Assembly (NCBI RefSeq): GCF_028368995.1
Contig: NZ_JAQNDL010000001.1
Span: forward strand, 1,440,001 to 1,504,000
Length of the DNA stretch: 64,000 nt
From: Nannocystis bainbridge
Lineage (GTDB): Bacteria > Myxococcota_A > Polyangia > Nannocystales > Nannocystaceae
Direction: 5' to 3'
The notes under the pieces are model-generated. The model saw nothing but the letters and a program-made list of their open reading frames with translations. It ran no database searches and was not told the origin of the DNA. The translations under genes and the position numbers were made by a program. The number at the start of each line of letters is the position of its first letter. The stretch's first letter is position 1. Shown here piece by piece: positions 61,106 to 64,000 of the stretch.

Positions 61106-61852
61106 TCAATTCTCGAGCGCGCGCTTGGTGAAGCGGTCGTCGGGCAGCGGCGCGTTGACCTGCCACGATTTGCGCACGAGCCGGGTCTGGCCGCCCTTGA
61201 CGCTGTCGACCATCCTGGACTCGGCGGGCGCGCACACGTTGCCCTCGCAGGAGTAGCCGGTGCGGGTCTCGATCTTGAGCTGCTTGCCCTGGGCGTCGAA
61301 GTACTTGAGCTCGCCGGGCAGCTTGCGGTCCTTGTTGACGGCGATCTCGATGCGGGCGTACGGCGCCTCGACGCCGGCCTTCGGCGTGAGCACCAGCTTC
61401 CAGGTGGTGGCATCCTCGCCGGTACGGGTAGCCGTGTAGCGCGCGCCGTAGGCGGTGGTCGTGAGGTCGGTCTGGCTGTAAGCGAGGCCGAAGAAGCCTT
61501 GATCGGCCACGGAGCTGGCGATCCGGCGGACCTTCCCGAACGAGGGCAAGAACACGTACATCTCCGTCGGCGAGAGCGTGAGGGACTTGGTGCCCTTCAT
61601 GTCGGCCGGGGCGCTGAACTCGAAGAGGTGCTTCTTGGCCTTCCTCGCCAGCTGCATGGCCATCTTGCGCTCGGGCTTGCCCGCCTCCTGGTTCAAGACC
61701 TCGAAGTCGATCACGAGGGTCTGGGCGCGGTTCAACGCCGCGTCCATATCGGCGAGCAGCTGATCGCCGGCCGGGTCGGCTGCGGCAACGGTGGAATGGG
61801 CAAAAACCGCGACAGACGCGGCGACGAGCACGACGACACGATGCATCTTCAT
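61106..61852 (-). CDS. Outer-membrane lipoprotein-sorting protein (LolA-like)
   Basis: Signal peptide; FSAPADMKGTKSL, YVFLPSFGKVRRIA, FFGLAYSQTDL, NAPLPDDRFT. Confidence 0.85.
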   Translation of the reverse strand: MKMHRVVVLVAASVAVFAHSTVAAADPAGDQLLADMDAALNRAQTLVIDFEVLNQEAGKPERKMAMQLARKAKKHLFEFSAPADMKGTKSLTLSPTEMYVFLPSFGKVRRIASSVADQGFFGLAYSQTDLTTTAYGARYTATRTGEDATTWKLVLTPKAGVEAPYARIEIAVNKDRKLPGELKYFDAQGKQLKIETRTGYSCEGNVCAPAESRMVDSVKGGQTRLVRKSWQVNAPLPDDRFTKRALEN

Positions 61853-62206
61853 GGGGAGTTCGATCGGCGACGAGAGTACGAGCGCGCTTCGCGGCTCACG
61901 GGTGAAGAGCCTGGACCCTCTCGCTGCGATCCAAAATAACTCGAAATTTTCCGCAGCCCTGCAGGCAGATCGGGGTCGACCCGTTCCGTAGCCGACCCAG
62001 ACGGACTCTCCATGGCCGGGCGCCCAGTAGCGCTTCGAGGCCCACAGGGCGGCTCTGCTGCCCCTGCCGCCGACGCCGTGGAGGTCGCCAGCGAGGGCGC
62101 GAAAATAGTTCGAAGTTTTTTGGATCGCAACCGGAGGGTCCTGGCTCTTCACCCTCAAGCCTCGGATCCGGGCGGGCCCATCACCCCGAGGCTCGACGAG
62201 AATTTC

Positions 62207-64000
62207 ATGACCCTTCAGAAGAGACCTTCGCCTGGCAACGACCGGTCCCCTGCCGCGCTGACGATCGATCGGCGCGGCTTCCTCAAGGTGGGGGCCACGC
62301 TCGGCGCGGGTTTTCTGCTGCCCGGGCTCACTGGTTGCAGTCCGGGGGACGACGGCGATCCGCGACCGGTCGCCAATGGCGAGCTCTTCACGCCCGCCAG
62401 CGTCCGCTCGCGCGACGGCGTGCTCGACATCGAGGTGACCATCACCGAGACCGAAGTGACGGTGGGCCAGTATACGTTCATGACCCGGGCGTACACGGGG
62501 CTCAAGGTCCTTCGCGGCGAGGCGAGCTTCGGCGATGCGACGTATACGGGGGTGGTCCCGGGCCCGAGCATCGAGCTCCGCCCGGGCGATCGGCTCAAGC
62601 TGAAGCTCATCAACGGCCTCCCGGACGACAACAGCGCCGTGGACCCCCCCGACTGCGCCATGGGCGGCGGCAGCGGCGGCGGGCACGGAGCGGGCGGCCA
62701 CGGCCCGGGCACGCACAACAACTCGACCAACCTCCATACGCACGGCCTGCACGTCGACCCCGGGCCGCCCGGCGATGATGTCTTCCTGATCATCGGTCCT
62801 GGTGAGAGCTACGACTTCGTCTTCGATATCCCGCGAGACATCGCCATGCCGGACGGCTCGAAGGCCAACCATCCGGCCGGGACCTATTGGTACCACCCGC
62901 ACATGCACGGATCGACGGCGATCCAGGTGGCAGGCGGCATGGTCGGGGCGCTCATCATTCGCGACGAGGAGAGAGACGACCTCGACAGGCTGTTCTCGCC
63001 CGAGCCCGGGCCGGGGCAGGGCAAGGAGCAGCTCCTCGTCGTCGGCGAGTACATGATCCAGACCCAGGATTCGTGCGATGGCAAGACCCGCCTCGCGACG
63101 TACGGGGAGATGGGCCATTCCGGTCCGCTTCCTCCGGGCGTCGAAGATTTCTTCCACGTCAACGGACAGATCGATCCGGTCCTTCGCATGCGCCCGGGCG
63201 AGGTGCAGCGGCTTCGGCTGCTTCACACCGGCTTTCGTGCGCCGCTGGACGTCGCCTTCCTCCGCGTGCCGGACGATCAGGCCGACACCGCGACCTCGCT
63301 GCCGAAGCCCGGCTACGATCCGTTCGGCTACTCCTGCGCCGCCTCGGGCGGCCCGCCCATGCTCGATCGGGACGCGCTGAGGGCGAAGTCGGCCACGTAC
63401 TACCAGGTAGCGACCGACGGGATCACGTACGGCGCACCCCTGAAGATGCCGCTCGCCGACCCCGTGTCCGAGGTCGAGTACGTCATCCCGCCGGGGGGCC
63501 GCGTGGACATGCTGGTCCAATTCGAAGCGGGCACCTACCAGATGGTGGCGCTCGGCTACCTCGATTTCGTCTGCTGGGCGCCGCAGGTCCTCGCCACCGT
63601 GGTCGTCTCGGGCAAGCCGGACACGAGCCTGCAGATCCCGCAGGTGCTGACGCCGCCAGCGCTCTACCCGTCGTTCGACGACATGTCGAAGCCCGGCAAC
63701 GCGATCACGAACACTCGCCAGGTCGAGTTCGCGGTGAACGTGGACGCTGACGGCGCGCACTTCCTCATCGACGGCAGGACGTTCTGCATGAGCCGTATCG
63801 ACCAGTGCATCGCCCTCGACGCCGTGGAGGAGTGGACGCTCGTCAACAAGTTCAGCGATACCGGGGGTGAGACGGTTCATCCCTTCCACATCCACGTCAA
63901 CTCGTTCCTGGTGACGAGCATCAACGGGAAGAGCCCGAGTCAGGCGATCTGGCGCGACACCTGTCTCATCCCCACGAGCGGCACGAACGCCGACGGCACC
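62207..64000 (+). CDS. Multicopper oxidase, Tat lipoprotein (partial, runs off the window end)
   Basis: Not in the ORF track; translated from ATG 62207: DRRGFLK Tat motif, LTGC lipobox, TNLHTHG, YWYHPHMHG, HPFHIHVN copper motifs. Confidence 0.92.
   Translation, partial: MTLQKRPSPGNDRSPAALTIDRRGFLKVGATLGAGFLLPGLTGCSPGDDGDPRPVANGELFTPASVRSRDGVLDIEVTITETEVTVGQYTFMTRAYTGLKVLRGEASFGDATYTGVVPGPSIELRPGDRLKLKLINGLPDDNSAVDPPDCAMGGGSGGGHGAGGHGPGTHNNSTNLHTHGLHVDPGPPGDDVFLIIGPGESYDFVFDIPRDIAMPDGSKANHPAGTYWYHPHMHGSTAIQVAGGMVGALIIRDEERDDLDRLFSPEPGPGQGKEQLLVVGEYMIQTQDSCDGKTRLATYGEMGHSGPLPPGVEDFFHVNGQIDPVLRMRPGEVQRLRLLHTGFRAPLDVAFLRVPDDQADTATSLPKPGYDPFGYSCAASGGPPMLDRDALRAKSATYYQVATDGITYGAPLKMPLADPVSEVEYVIPPGGRVDMLVQFEAGTYQMVALGYLDFVCWAPQVLATVVVSGKPDTSLQIPQVLTPPALYPSFDDMSKPGNAITNTRQVEFAVNVDADGAHFLIDGRTFCMSRIDQCIALDAVEEWTLVNKFSDTGGETVHPFHIHVNSFLVTSINGKSPSQAIWRDTCLIPTSGTNADGT

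Overview
GC-rich bacterial chromosome segment with a myxobacterial gene repertoire (Thr-rich and Cys-rich lipoproteins, Ser/Thr kinase-TPR, AgmX/PglI-like domains, RCC1 and Sel1 repeat proteins); it resembles Nannocystis-type genomes, which is an inference. It holds about 50 CDS and several gene remnants. I found no rRNA, tRNA, CRISPR array, integrase or transposase. The main unexplained signals are: (1) a hyper-abundant 14-bp palindrome TGTCC-N4-GGACA, with 14 perfect copies counted by eye, forming head-to-tail 14-bp-phased arrays of up to 6 units in intergenic regions and inside ORFs; (2) a tandemly duplicated, translationally coupled lipoprotein + collagen-fibre module with conserved bases, different stalk lengths and divergent tips; (3) a 3.6-kb insert bounded by a 54-bp direct repeat of an acyl-CoA dehydrogenase 3' end; (4) tandem NADAR genes near alkB-like, GNAT and HelD-like genes; (5) a signal peptidase I homologue with Thr at the catalytic Ser position; (6) 36-bp, ~53-bp and 62-bp tandem repeats.
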